From positions 30,904 to 94,903 of the forward strand of contig MHPU01000039.1 in assembly GCA_001820485.1 (NCBI GenBank): DNA of 64,000 nt. The letters are read 5' to 3'. This document shows positions 47,316-55,184 of this stretch, in pieces. The DNA comes from Candidatus Staskawiczbacteria bacterium RIFOXYD1_FULL_32_13. GTDB taxonomy: Bacteria; Patescibacteriota; Minisyncoccia; Minisyncoccales; Staskawiczbacteraceae. The notes under the pieces were generated by a model, which was not told the DNA's origin, did no database searches, and saw nothing but the letters and a program-made list of their open reading frames with translations. Position numbers and translations under genes: made by a program. The first letter of the stretch is position 1, and each line of letters opens with the position of its first letter.

Positions 47316-49049
47316 ATGCAAAGCGAAACAAAAACACATTCGACAAGCTCAGTGCAAGCTTGTCAAAATTGCAAAAATGACTTTACCATAGAGCCTGATG
47401 ATTTTGTATTTTATGAAAAAATGAAAGTCCCAGCTCCTACTTTTTGTCCGGAGTGTAGGATTATAAGAAGAATGACTTGGAGAAATGAGCGCACACTTTA
47501 TCATAGAAAGTGCGATGCCACTGGAAAAAATATTATTACAATGTTTGCTCCAGAACAGCCGGTTGTTGTTTATGAAAGGGATTATTGGTGGAGTGATTCT
47601 TGGGATCAGCTAGCTTCAGGTCAAGATTATGATTTTTCAAAACCATTTTTTCAGCAATTCCGCGAGCTTTTTGAAAAAGCTCCACTTTCTAATCTTGCTA
47701 ATACTAATATTGTAAATTCTGATTACTCAAATCATAGTTTGAATCTGAAAAATTGTTATCTTTTTTATGCTGGCATGAGATGCGAAGATATGTTATATTC
47801 TACTGGAGCTATGGATTGTAAAAATTCTATTGATCTATATAATGTGGGAAATTTAATACAATGTTACGACGATACTTTGTGTGGAGATCTAAATCGCGTT
47901 TCTTTTTCATATGATAGCGACGAAAGCGTAAATTGTGCATTTTTACATGCGTGCAAAAATATGATGGATTCTTTGGGATGTATAAATTTGCGTAATAAAT
48001 CAAATTGCATTTTTAATCAGCAATATACCAAAGAAGAATATGCAAAAGAACGCGCCAAATACGATTTTGGTAGTTATAAAAATCTTGAGGGATTTAAGAA
48101 AAAATTTGTAGAGTTTAAAAAGCAATATCCGCGACGCCATGGTTTTATTCATAAATGTGCAAATACAATTGGAGACAATATCATAAATTGCAAAAATATT
48201 TATATGGGCTTTGATATTTTTGGAGATGCTCAAGACAGTAAGTACGTTATTCATGGCGCAGAATTTAATAATATTTATGATGGATATGGAATTGGTGCAA
48301 CTCATAGTAACTCCTATGAAATTGTAGACACGGGCGATAATGCCACACTTAATCGGTTTGCTGTTTTTACTCATTCATGTCTAGACACACATTATACTTA
48401 CGCCTGTAAAAATTCCCAAAACTTATTTGGTTGTGTGGGGCTTCGCAGTAAAAGATATTGCATTTTAAATAAACAATATACCAAAGAAGAATATGAGACT
48501 CTGGTGCCAAAAATTATTAATCATATGAATGAAATGCCCTATATTGATGCAAAAGGTAGAGTTTATAAGTATGGCGAGTTTTTCCCAACAGAACTTTCAC
48601 CTTTTGCTTACAATGAAACTATTGCTCAAGAATATTACTCAAAAACTAAGGAAGATGTTTTAGAATCTGGTTTTAGGTGGAGAGAGCCAGAAACAAAAAA
48701 CTATAACATAACCTTAAAACCGCAAGATTTACCAGATCACATAAAGGACGTAACAGATGATATTTTAAATCAAGTAATAGCTTGTGAGCATGAAGGTAAA
48801 TGTAATCACCAATGTATGGGAGCTTTCAAAATTATTGCTTCTGAACTTGCATTTTACCGTGCAATGAATTTGGCTTTGCCAAGGTTGTGTTCTAATTGTA
48901 GGCACTATGCCAGGCTAGCTCAGCGCACGCCGTTTAAGTTGTGGGATAGAAATTGCGCAAAATGTGGAAAAGAAATTAAAACTTCTTATGCACCAGAAAG
49001 GCTAGAAATTATATATTGTGAAAGTTGTTATAATAATGAAGTAGCGTAA
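47316..49049 (+). CDS. Zinc-ribbon-rich paralog P1 (577 aa), unknown function
   Basis: The N-terminal ribbon reads CQNCKNDFTIEPDDFVFYEKMKVPAPTFCPECRIIRR. There are internal duplicated Cys-rich units (...C.NLRNK.NCIFNQQYTKEEY / ...FGCVGLRSKRYCILNKQYTKEEY). The C-terminal ribbons read CSNCRHY...CAKCGKEIKTSYAPERLEIIYCESCYNNEVA. Confidence 0.6.
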   Translation: MQSETKTHSTSSVQACQNCKNDFTIEPDDFVFYEKMKVPAPTFCPECRIIRRMTWRNERTLYHRKCDATGKNIITMFAPEQPVVVYERDYWWSDSWDQLASGQDYDFSKPFFQQFRELFEKAPLSNLANTNIVNSDYSNHSLNLKNCYLFYAGMRCEDMLYSTGAMDCKNSIDLYNVGNLIQCYDDTLCGDLNRVSFSYDSDESVNCAFLHACKNMMDSLGCINLRNKSNCIFNQQYTKEEYAKERAKYDFGSYKNLEGFKKKFVEFKKQYPRRHGFIHKCANTIGDNIINCKNIYMGFDIFGDAQDSKYVIHGAEFNNIYDGYGIGATHSNSYEIVDTGDNATLNRFAVFTHSCLDTHYTYACKNSQNLFGCVGLRSKRYCILNKQYTKEEYETLVPKIINHMNEMPYIDAKGRVYKYGEFFPTELSPFAYNETIAQEYYSKTKEDVLESGFRWREPETKNYNITLKPQDLPDHIKDVTDDILNQVIACEHEGKCNHQCMGAFKIIASELAFYRAMNLALPRLCSNCRHYARLAQRTPFKLWDRNCAKCGKEIKTSYAPERLEIIYCESCYNNEVA

Positions 49050-49061
49050 AAATAAAAAAAT

Positions 49062-51563
49062 ATGGCAAAAGATATAACTTATATCGCTCAAACAAATTTT
49101 AGAGGAGCTAATCAGAAATTTGGAATTAGAAGAACTGACAGACGTCAGCATATGTATGTGATTGGAAAAACTGGAACTGGTAAAACTCAATTTCTAAAAA
49201 ATATGGCTTTGCAAGATGTAGAAAATGGCGAAGGTCTTGCAGTTATAGATCCTCATGGGGAATTTGTTGAAGAAATTTTAGAAAGCATTCCAAGACACAG
49301 AATGAAAGATGTGGTTTATTTTAATCCTGCAGATATGGATTATCCGGTAAGTTTTAATATTATGGATGTGCAAGACCCAAGATATAAGCATTTGATTGCT
49401 TCTGGTTTAATCGGTATTTTCACTAAGATTTGGGCAAATGTTTGGTCAGCTCGTATGGAATATATTTTAGCAAATAGTATCTTAGCTTTATTAGATACCC
49501 CAGGAACCACTCTTTTGGGTATACCAAGAATGCTGGTAGATAGAGATTATAGACAGAAAATTATAAATAATTTACAAGATCCAGTTGTAAAATCATTTTG
49601 GATTAATGAATACGAAGAATGGGAATCAAGGTACAGAAATGAAGCCATAGCTCCTGTGCAAAACAAAGTGGGGCAGTTTTTAAATGTTTCTTTTGTAAGA
49701 AATATTGTAGGGCAAGCAAAAAATACCATAGATATTGAAGATATAATGAACAACGGAAAAATTTTATTAGTTAATGTTTCAAAAGGAAGAATTGGAGAAG
49801 ATAACTCAGCAATTTTAGGAGCAATGATTATAACAAAAATACAATTATCAGCTATGGAACGTGTAAGAATTCCTGAAGGCGATAGAAGAGATTTTTATTT
49901 GTATGTTGATGAATTCCAGAATTTTGCTACTGATTCATTTCGTAATATTTTGTCTGAGGCTAGAAAATATAGGTTAAATTTAATTATGGCGCATCAATAT
50001 ATTGGCCAATTAGTTACAGACAAAAATACTGCTGTAAGAGATGCTGTTTTTGGAAACGTGGGGACAGAGGTTTCTTTTAGAGTCGGAGCTGAAGATGCTG
50101 AATTTTTAGAAAAGGAATTTACTCCAGAATTTTTACAGGATGATTTTGTGCGCTTAGCAAATCGAGATACTTATATAAAACTTATGATAGGAGGTATCAC
50201 TTCAAGGCCATTTTCTGCTAAAACTATTACTATACCTGCAATTCCTAAAGACGACATAAAGCGAAATGAATTGATTAATCTTACAAGAGAAAAATATGCT
50301 CGTACTAAGCAAGCAGTTGAAGATGAAATTAACCGCTGGGCTGCTAACTTGGATGTTTTAAGCAAAGGTGCTGTACCTGTTTCGTGGCAAAATAATCAAA
50401 AGCAAGTGCAAGGTCATAAACAACAAGATGGAACAATGCTTTATGATGCTGTATGTTCTAGTTGTGGTAAAAAAACGAAAGTTGTTTTTGAACCTACTTC
50501 AGGTAAACCTGTTTATTGTAAAACCTGTTTTAAGAATAAGAAACCCGACAAAAGCCAAAGGCATTTTGACGAGCCCGCCACAATTCCCCAACAAAAGCAA
50601 GAGCATTTTGATGGGGATTTAGGCAGGGATGAGTCAGATAGCGCTTTGGCAAGTTTAGGGATAGAGTTTGGTTCATCAAAAATAGTAAAAAAAGTGGAGC
50701 AAAGTCGACCCCAGCAAAAACCCTTCGACTCTGCTCAGGGCAAGCCTCAGCAAATTAGTAATCAAAATAAAGTTTCAAATATAGAAAATAAATTATCAGC
50801 AAAGCCTCAGGTTCGAGAATCAGCTAAAGTTGAAAATATTGATTTTGCTCATCAAAAATATAATACAGAAAGGGATAATGGTTATAGACCGATGCAAAAT
50901 AATACAAAAAGAGAAATAAATTTGGCAGAATTGAGAAAAGTGCTTGCAGAATCCTTGGAAAAAGAGGAGAAAACCGACAAAAGCCCTAAAGGGTATTTTG
51001 ACGAGTCCGCCACAATGCCAGCTGAGCGGGCTTTAGGCGGGGAAGAAAAAATAAAGCAAGAAAATAAGATTGAGAAAACAGAAACACCACCACAACCTGA
51101 AGTTATTTTGCCTGTCATTACTGCGGAAGCAGGAATCCAGAGTGAAGTTAAAAAATCCTGGATTTCCAATCGGGCTGAGAATGATACTGAAAATAAAGAA
51201 GTAAAAGAAGTAAATATAAAAGAAGAAGAAAAAAAATCAGAGGTACAAGAAGTCAAACTTTTAGAAAACCCATTAGAATTAAAACCTGAGTTACAACCAC
51301 AGAAGCAGAAAGTTGTTGTACCCGTCATTCTCGCAAAAGTAGAAATTCAGAGTGAAATTCAAAAACCTTTAATTCTTGATCAAGTTGGGAATGACAATAG
51401 AGAAGAAAAAAAGACTGAAAGTTCTGATGACGAGCTTCAAAAAAGAATTGCATTGGAAAAAATGGCAGATGAGGCAATGAATATGATGGCAATTGGAAAT
51501 GATGATGATAAGAAACAATCAAAAAAAGGAGTAATAAATCCTGGTGAAACAATAAAGTTTTAA
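49062..51563 (+). CDS. VirD4/TraD/TraG-like (T4CP-like, FtsK-HerA superfamily) P-loop ATPase A with a low-complexity repeat tail and a paralog-type zinc ribbon
   Basis: The Walker A is VIGKTGTGKTQ, the Walker B LYVDEFQNF, and MAHQYIGQL is also present. At aa ~465-495 the ribbon CSSCGKKTKVVFEPTSGKPVYCKTCFKN appears. The C-terminal ~300 aa contain imperfect repeats (VVPVILAKVEIQSEIQK / ILPVITAEAGIQSEVKK). Confidence 0.65.
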   Translation: MAKDITYIAQTNFRGANQKFGIRRTDRRQHMYVIGKTGTGKTQFLKNMALQDVENGEGLAVIDPHGEFVEEILESIPRHRMKDVVYFNPADMDYPVSFNIMDVQDPRYKHLIASGLIGIFTKIWANVWSARMEYILANSILALLDTPGTTLLGIPRMLVDRDYRQKIINNLQDPVVKSFWINEYEEWESRYRNEAIAPVQNKVGQFLNVSFVRNIVGQAKNTIDIEDIMNNGKILLVNVSKGRIGEDNSAILGAMIITKIQLSAMERVRIPEGDRRDFYLYVDEFQNFATDSFRNILSEARKYRLNLIMAHQYIGQLVTDKNTAVRDAVFGNVGTEVSFRVGAEDAEFLEKEFTPEFLQDDFVRLANRDTYIKLMIGGITSRPFSAKTITIPAIPKDDIKRNELINLTREKYARTKQAVEDEINRWAANLDVLSKGAVPVSWQNNQKQVQGHKQQDGTMLYDAVCSSCGKKTKVVFEPTSGKPVYCKTCFKNKKPDKSQRHFDEPATIPQQKQEHFDGDLGRDESDSALASLGIEFGSSKIVKKVEQSRPQQKPFDSAQGKPQQISNQNKVSNIENKLSAKPQVRESAKVENIDFAHQKYNTERDNGYRPMQNNTKREINLAELRKVLAESLEKEEKTDKSPKGYFDESATMPAERALGGEEKIKQENKIEKTETPPQPEVILPVITAEAGIQSEVKKSWISNRAENDTENKEVKEVNIKEEEKKSEVQEVKLLENPLELKPELQPQKQKVVVPVILAKVEIQSEIQKPLILDQVGNDNREEKKTESSDDELQKRIALEKMADEAMNMMAIGNDDDKKQSKKGVINPGETIKF

Positions 51564-51588
51564 AAAGTTAAGGGTTGGCATATTTAAC

Positions 51589-51672
51589 GTCATTGTGAGG
51601 AGGTTTACAAACCGACGAAGCAATCTCAACGACTAGATTGCCACGCTCGCTTGTGGGCTCGCTCGCAATGAC
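51589..51672. repeat. 84-bp copy of the MITE-like palindromic repeat (variant TIR GTCATTGTGAGG)
   Basis: It reads GTCATTGTGAGGAGG...GACGAAGCAATCTCAAC...CTAGATTGCCACGCTCGC...GCTCGCAATGAC and overlaps the 5' end of cutA. Confidence 0.65.
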
Positions 51673-51682
51673 AATGATAACG

Positions 51683-51988
51683 ATGATTTTTATTTATGTG
51701 CCGTGTCAAAATTTAAATACAGCCAAAATTATTGCTAAGCTTTTAGTTGAGAAAAGGCTAGCAGGTAAAGTGGATATTATGTCCACGGATTCGTTTACTT
51801 GTGGGAACGATGGAGTGTCCGAGATTTCCGGGGCAACCTTGATTATTATGACTATAGATAAACATGTTCAAGCTATAGAGGACATTGTTAGAGAATATTA
51901 TCAAGATGGTATTCCTTGTATGGCTACAATTTCACTTTATCGTTTAAATAGGGATTTTAAAGATTGGTTAATAGGAGCTACAAGTTAG
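51683..51988 (+). CDS. cutA: CutA1 divalent-cation tolerance protein homologue
   Basis: MIFIYVPCQNLNTAKIIAKLLVEKRLAGKVDI...ATLIIMTIDKHVQAIEDIVREY fits the CutA fold pattern. Alternative ATG starts at 51668 and 51674 lie inside the repeat. Confidence 0.55.
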   Translation: MIFIYVPCQNLNTAKIIAKLLVEKRLAGKVDIMSTDSFTCGNDGVSEISGATLIIMTIDKHVQAIEDIVREYYQDGIPCMATISLYRLNRDFKDWLIGATS

Positions 51989-52047
51989 AGTTGTTGAAAT
52001 TACTAAAAAAATTTATGATTATAAATAAAAATTATTTGTTCTATTGC

Positions 52048-52067
52048 AGGTTGTCATATGACAACCT
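52048..52067. promoter_or_regulatory. Perfect 20-bp palindrome AGGTTGTCATATGACAACCT
   Basis: It lies 9 bp upstream of the HTH gene and is a candidate operator. Confidence 0.6.
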
Positions 52068-52075
52068 AATAAATT

Positions 52076-52264
52076 ATGAATCAAATCGTAAAGAGAGATT
52101 TTTATACAACAAGTGAATTAGCTGTTGTGCTAGGAATCAGCAAACAATCTGTGTTAAAAAGAATGCACAATGGTTCGATTAAGGCAATAAAAATGGGGCG
52201 TGATTTTATAATTTTTAAGAAGCATATTAATCTAGAAAAATTGAAATCTATAATCAAACATTAA
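52076..52264 (+). CDS. Excisionase/MerR-superfamily small HTH DNA-binding protein
   Basis: The 62-aa protein reads TTSELAVVLGISKQSVLKRMHNGSIKAIKMGRDFIIF, an HTH_17-like segment. Confidence 0.55.
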   Translation: MNQIVKRDFYTTSELAVVLGISKQSVLKRMHNGSIKAIKMGRDFIIFKKHINLEKLKSIIKH

Positions 52265-52270
52265 AATATT

Positions 52271-52290
52271 AGGTTGTCGTATGACAACTT
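52271..52290. promoter_or_regulatory. Near-perfect 20-bp palindrome AGGTTGTCGTATGACAACTT
   Basis: It is a second copy of the operator-like palindrome. It lies 7 bp after the HTH gene and 41 bp upstream of paralog P2. Confidence 0.6.
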
Positions 52291-52330
52291 AATATTATCG
52301 GGAAAATAATAAATCTAGGTATAAAAAATT

Positions 52331-54064
52331 ATGGATAGTCAAACAAAAAATTGTCAAAATTGCAAGAAAGACTTTACTATAGAATCCGATGATTTTGCAT
52401 TTTATGAAAAAATGAAAGTCCCTGTGCCAACTTTTTGTTGGAAATGCAGAGCAATTAGAAGAATGTGTTTTCGAAATATGCGACAACTTTATATTAGAAA
52501 CTGTGATGCAACAGGTAAAAAAATATTTACTTTAATGCCTCCGGATAATCCGATGCCGGTTTATGATAATGATTATTGGCGTAGCGATGCTTGGGATCCT
52601 ATGAAATACGAAAAAAATTACGATTTTTCAAATGCGTTCTTTGAGCAAATAAAGGAATTATATAATTCTGTTCCATGGGGAATTATGTGGAGTATGGATA
52701 TGGTTAATTGTGAGTATAGTGGTGGGGTTTCCTTTTCTAAAAATTGTTATATGTGTTTTGATTCTGGATACGATGAAGATTGTATGTATAATGTTACAGT
52801 GCTCTATAGCAAAAAATGCCTTGATAGTATAAATTTAAAAGATTGCGAACTTTGTTATTATTGTATTAATACCAATAAGTCATATAAAACATTATTTTCA
52901 CGAAATTGTACTTCTTGTGTAGATGTATGGTTTAGTCAAGATTGTATCGGATGTACAAATTGTTTTGGGTGCAGTGGCTTAAAAAATAAAAGTTATTATA
53001 TTTTTAACGAAGTTTATGACAAGGCGACATACGAAACGAAAATTGCAGATTTAAAACTTGATAGTTGGTCGGGAATAAAAAGTGCCAAGAATCAGGCAAA
53101 AAATTTTTGGGAAAAATGTTCGGTAAAATTTTATCATGGCACTCAGGTAACAAAAAGTTTTGGAGATTATTTATATAATGGTACGGAATTAAGAAACTGT
53201 TTTTTTGTGGGAAATGCGCAGAATATGAAACACTGTCAAAGTGTAATTTATCCCCCAAATCAAGACAGTATGGATGTTACCTCAAGCGAAGGCACTGAAT
53301 TGGCTTATGAGGTATTTTGTTGTGGCAATGGAGTACGTAGATCGATTGGATTGGCTGAATGCTCTAATGTATATGATGCTTATTATTCAATAAACTGCAG
53401 GCAGTCAAATAATTTATTTGGATGCGTGTCTTTAAAAGGTAAGGAATATTGTATCTTAAATAAACAATATACGAAAGAAAAATATCTGGAAATGATTCCT
53501 AAAATTATAAAGCATATGAATGATATGCCATATATTGACGCGCTTGGAAGGGTTTATAAATACGGAGAATTTTTCCCAACGGACATGAGTTCTTATGGCT
53601 ATAATCAATCGCAGGCATTTGAATATTTTCCGATAAATGAGCAAGAAGCCAAAAAACAAGGATATCGTTGGCATGAGGCCAATGAGAGAAGTTACCAAAT
53701 CACTAAAAAATCAAGTGACTTACCAGAAAAAATAGAAGAAGTAAGTGACGAAATTTTAAAAGAAGTTATTCAATGTGAGCACGATGAATTTAAAAAACAT
53801 AAAGATGGATGTAATTTAGAGTGCACCCGCGCTTTTAAGATAACATTACAGGAATTGCAATTTTATAGGCAGATGGATCTACCTTTACCGAGGCTTTGTT
53901 TTAACTGCAGACATATTGATAGGGTTGCTTGGAGAAATCAACCAAAATTATATAAAAGAAAATGTATGAAACCAGGATGTCAAAATGAATTTGAAACTTC
54001 TTACGCTCCCGACAGACCAGAAATAGTTTATTGCGAAGCTTGCTACAATCAAGAAGTTGCATAA
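52331..54064 (+). CDS. Zinc-ribbon-rich paralog P2 (577 aa)
   Basis: It has the same architecture as P1: CQNCKKDFTIESDDFAFYEKMKVPVPTFCWKCRAIRR ... CFNCRHIDR...CMKPGCQNEFETSYAPDRPEIVYCEACYNQEVA. Confidence 0.6.
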   Translation: MDSQTKNCQNCKKDFTIESDDFAFYEKMKVPVPTFCWKCRAIRRMCFRNMRQLYIRNCDATGKKIFTLMPPDNPMPVYDNDYWRSDAWDPMKYEKNYDFSNAFFEQIKELYNSVPWGIMWSMDMVNCEYSGGVSFSKNCYMCFDSGYDEDCMYNVTVLYSKKCLDSINLKDCELCYYCINTNKSYKTLFSRNCTSCVDVWFSQDCIGCTNCFGCSGLKNKSYYIFNEVYDKATYETKIADLKLDSWSGIKSAKNQAKNFWEKCSVKFYHGTQVTKSFGDYLYNGTELRNCFFVGNAQNMKHCQSVIYPPNQDSMDVTSSEGTELAYEVFCCGNGVRRSIGLAECSNVYDAYYSINCRQSNNLFGCVSLKGKEYCILNKQYTKEKYLEMIPKIIKHMNDMPYIDALGRVYKYGEFFPTDMSSYGYNQSQAFEYFPINEQEAKKQGYRWHEANERSYQITKKSSDLPEKIEEVSDEILKEVIQCEHDEFKKHKDGCNLECTRAFKITLQELQFYRQMDLPLPRLCFNCRHIDRVAWRNQPKLYKRKCMKPGCQNEFETSYAPDRPEIVYCEACYNQEVA

Positions 54065-54126
54065 GAGTAAATGTATAGGTTTAACTGTATATTGTATAGA
54101 TTTATAATTTGTGATATAATATAAAT

Positions 54127-54855
54127 ATGATAGAAAATAATGAAGAATTATTAACTATTGGAGAAACAGCAGAATTATTGGGCGTTTCAATTATGACTTT
54201 AAGACGCTGGGATGAAAGTGGTCGGCTGATTTCTGTTAGAAAAAAAGAAGGTGGAAATAGGTATTACAGAAAATCAGATGTTGATATTTTTTTAAGTGAT
54301 TTGTTTAAAATTGCCAAAGAATGGGTTTTGAAAGAAAGTGATTTGCCAGAAAGTTTTTATTGTCAAAATAGCGCTGTTTTTCAAGCACGACTTGCAAAAA
54401 TGGAAAATTTGATGATTGCAAATAGAATGACAGAAGACTTTGCTTCTCGTATTGTTTCAATCGCCGGTGAAATTGGGAATAACTCATTTGACCATAATTT
54501 AGCTCAATGGCCCGATGTCCCTGGAATTTTCTTTGCTTTTGATTTAAATAAAAAACAACTTGTTTTAGCTGACAGGGGATTGGGAGTTTTTAAAACCTTA
54601 AAAAGAGTAAAGCCAGAAATTGAAAATGACAAGCAGGCTTTAGAAGTGGCATTCACTGAAATTATTTCTGGCAGGGCTCCAGAAGAAAGGGGTAATGGTT
54701 TAAAATATGTAAAATTCATTATTTCTAAAAATAATATAAATTTATTTTTTCAAACAGGAGGTGCAATATTAAATTTAAATGCCAATAGTTCTAGCTTGAA
54801 AATATCAGAGGCAAAAGATAATTTTCACGGATGTTTGGTTTTAATAAAATGGTAA
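54127..54855 (+). CDS. MerR-type HTH fused to a GHKL/HATPase_c (RsbW/SpoIIAB-like anti-sigma-factor kinase) domain
   Basis: The N-terminal HTH reads LTIGETAELLGVSIMTLRRWDESG. The C-terminal N-box is EIGNNSFDH, the G1 LADRGLG, and the G2 ERGNGL. Confidence 0.55.
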   Translation: MIENNEELLTIGETAELLGVSIMTLRRWDESGRLISVRKKEGGNRYYRKSDVDIFLSDLFKIAKEWVLKESDLPESFYCQNSAVFQARLAKMENLMIANRMTEDFASRIVSIAGEIGNNSFDHNLAQWPDVPGIFFAFDLNKKQLVLADRGLGVFKTLKRVKPEIENDKQALEVAFTEIISGRAPEERGNGLKYVKFIISKNNINLFFQTGGAILNLNANSSSLKISEAKDNFHGCLVLIKW

Positions 54856-55136
54856 TTGAATTAAAAAAAATTGGAACAACTTTAATTTCACGTCAAACCG
54901 GTAAAGAGGCTTTTTTAGCAATACAACCAATTCTTCAAAATTTGAAAAGTGATGAAAAGGTAGAAATTGATTTTGAAGGTGTGATGACTTTTTCTCCATC
55001 ATGGGGGGCGGAATTTTTAATGCCACTTTTTAAAAAGTATGGACAAAATTTAATTTTAAAAAACACTCATAATGGTTCAGTACAATCAACATTGGAATTT
55101 CTAGAACAAATTGAAAATATAAAATTTAAAAAATAA
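54849..55136 (+). CDS. STAS-like (anti-sigma-antagonist-like, DUF4325-type) small protein, copy 1
   Basis: It is 95 aa and reads MVIELKKIGTTLISRQTGKEAF...VEIDFEGVMTFSPSWGAEFL. It overlaps the upstream HATPase gene by 7 nt. Confidence 0.45.
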   Translation: MVIELKKIGTTLISRQTGKEAFLAIQPILQNLKSDEKVEIDFEGVMTFSPSWGAEFLMPLFKKYGQNLILKNTHNGSVQSTLEFLEQIENIKFKK

Positions 55137-55184
55137 AGTGTTAATTGTTACATATCAGGTTAATGAGCATTAACTTAAAATTTT

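Noticed and set aside
50540-51380. DNA repeats within the 3' third of ATPase A (50540-50590 vs 50970-51020; 51100-51180 vs 51300-51380)
   Set aside because: They are in-frame and encode repeated peptide modules (KPDKSQRHFDEPATIP / KTDKSPKGYFDESATMP; ILPVITAEAGIQSEVKK / VVPVILAKVEIQSEIQK). They are protein-level tandem repeats rather than mobile elements.
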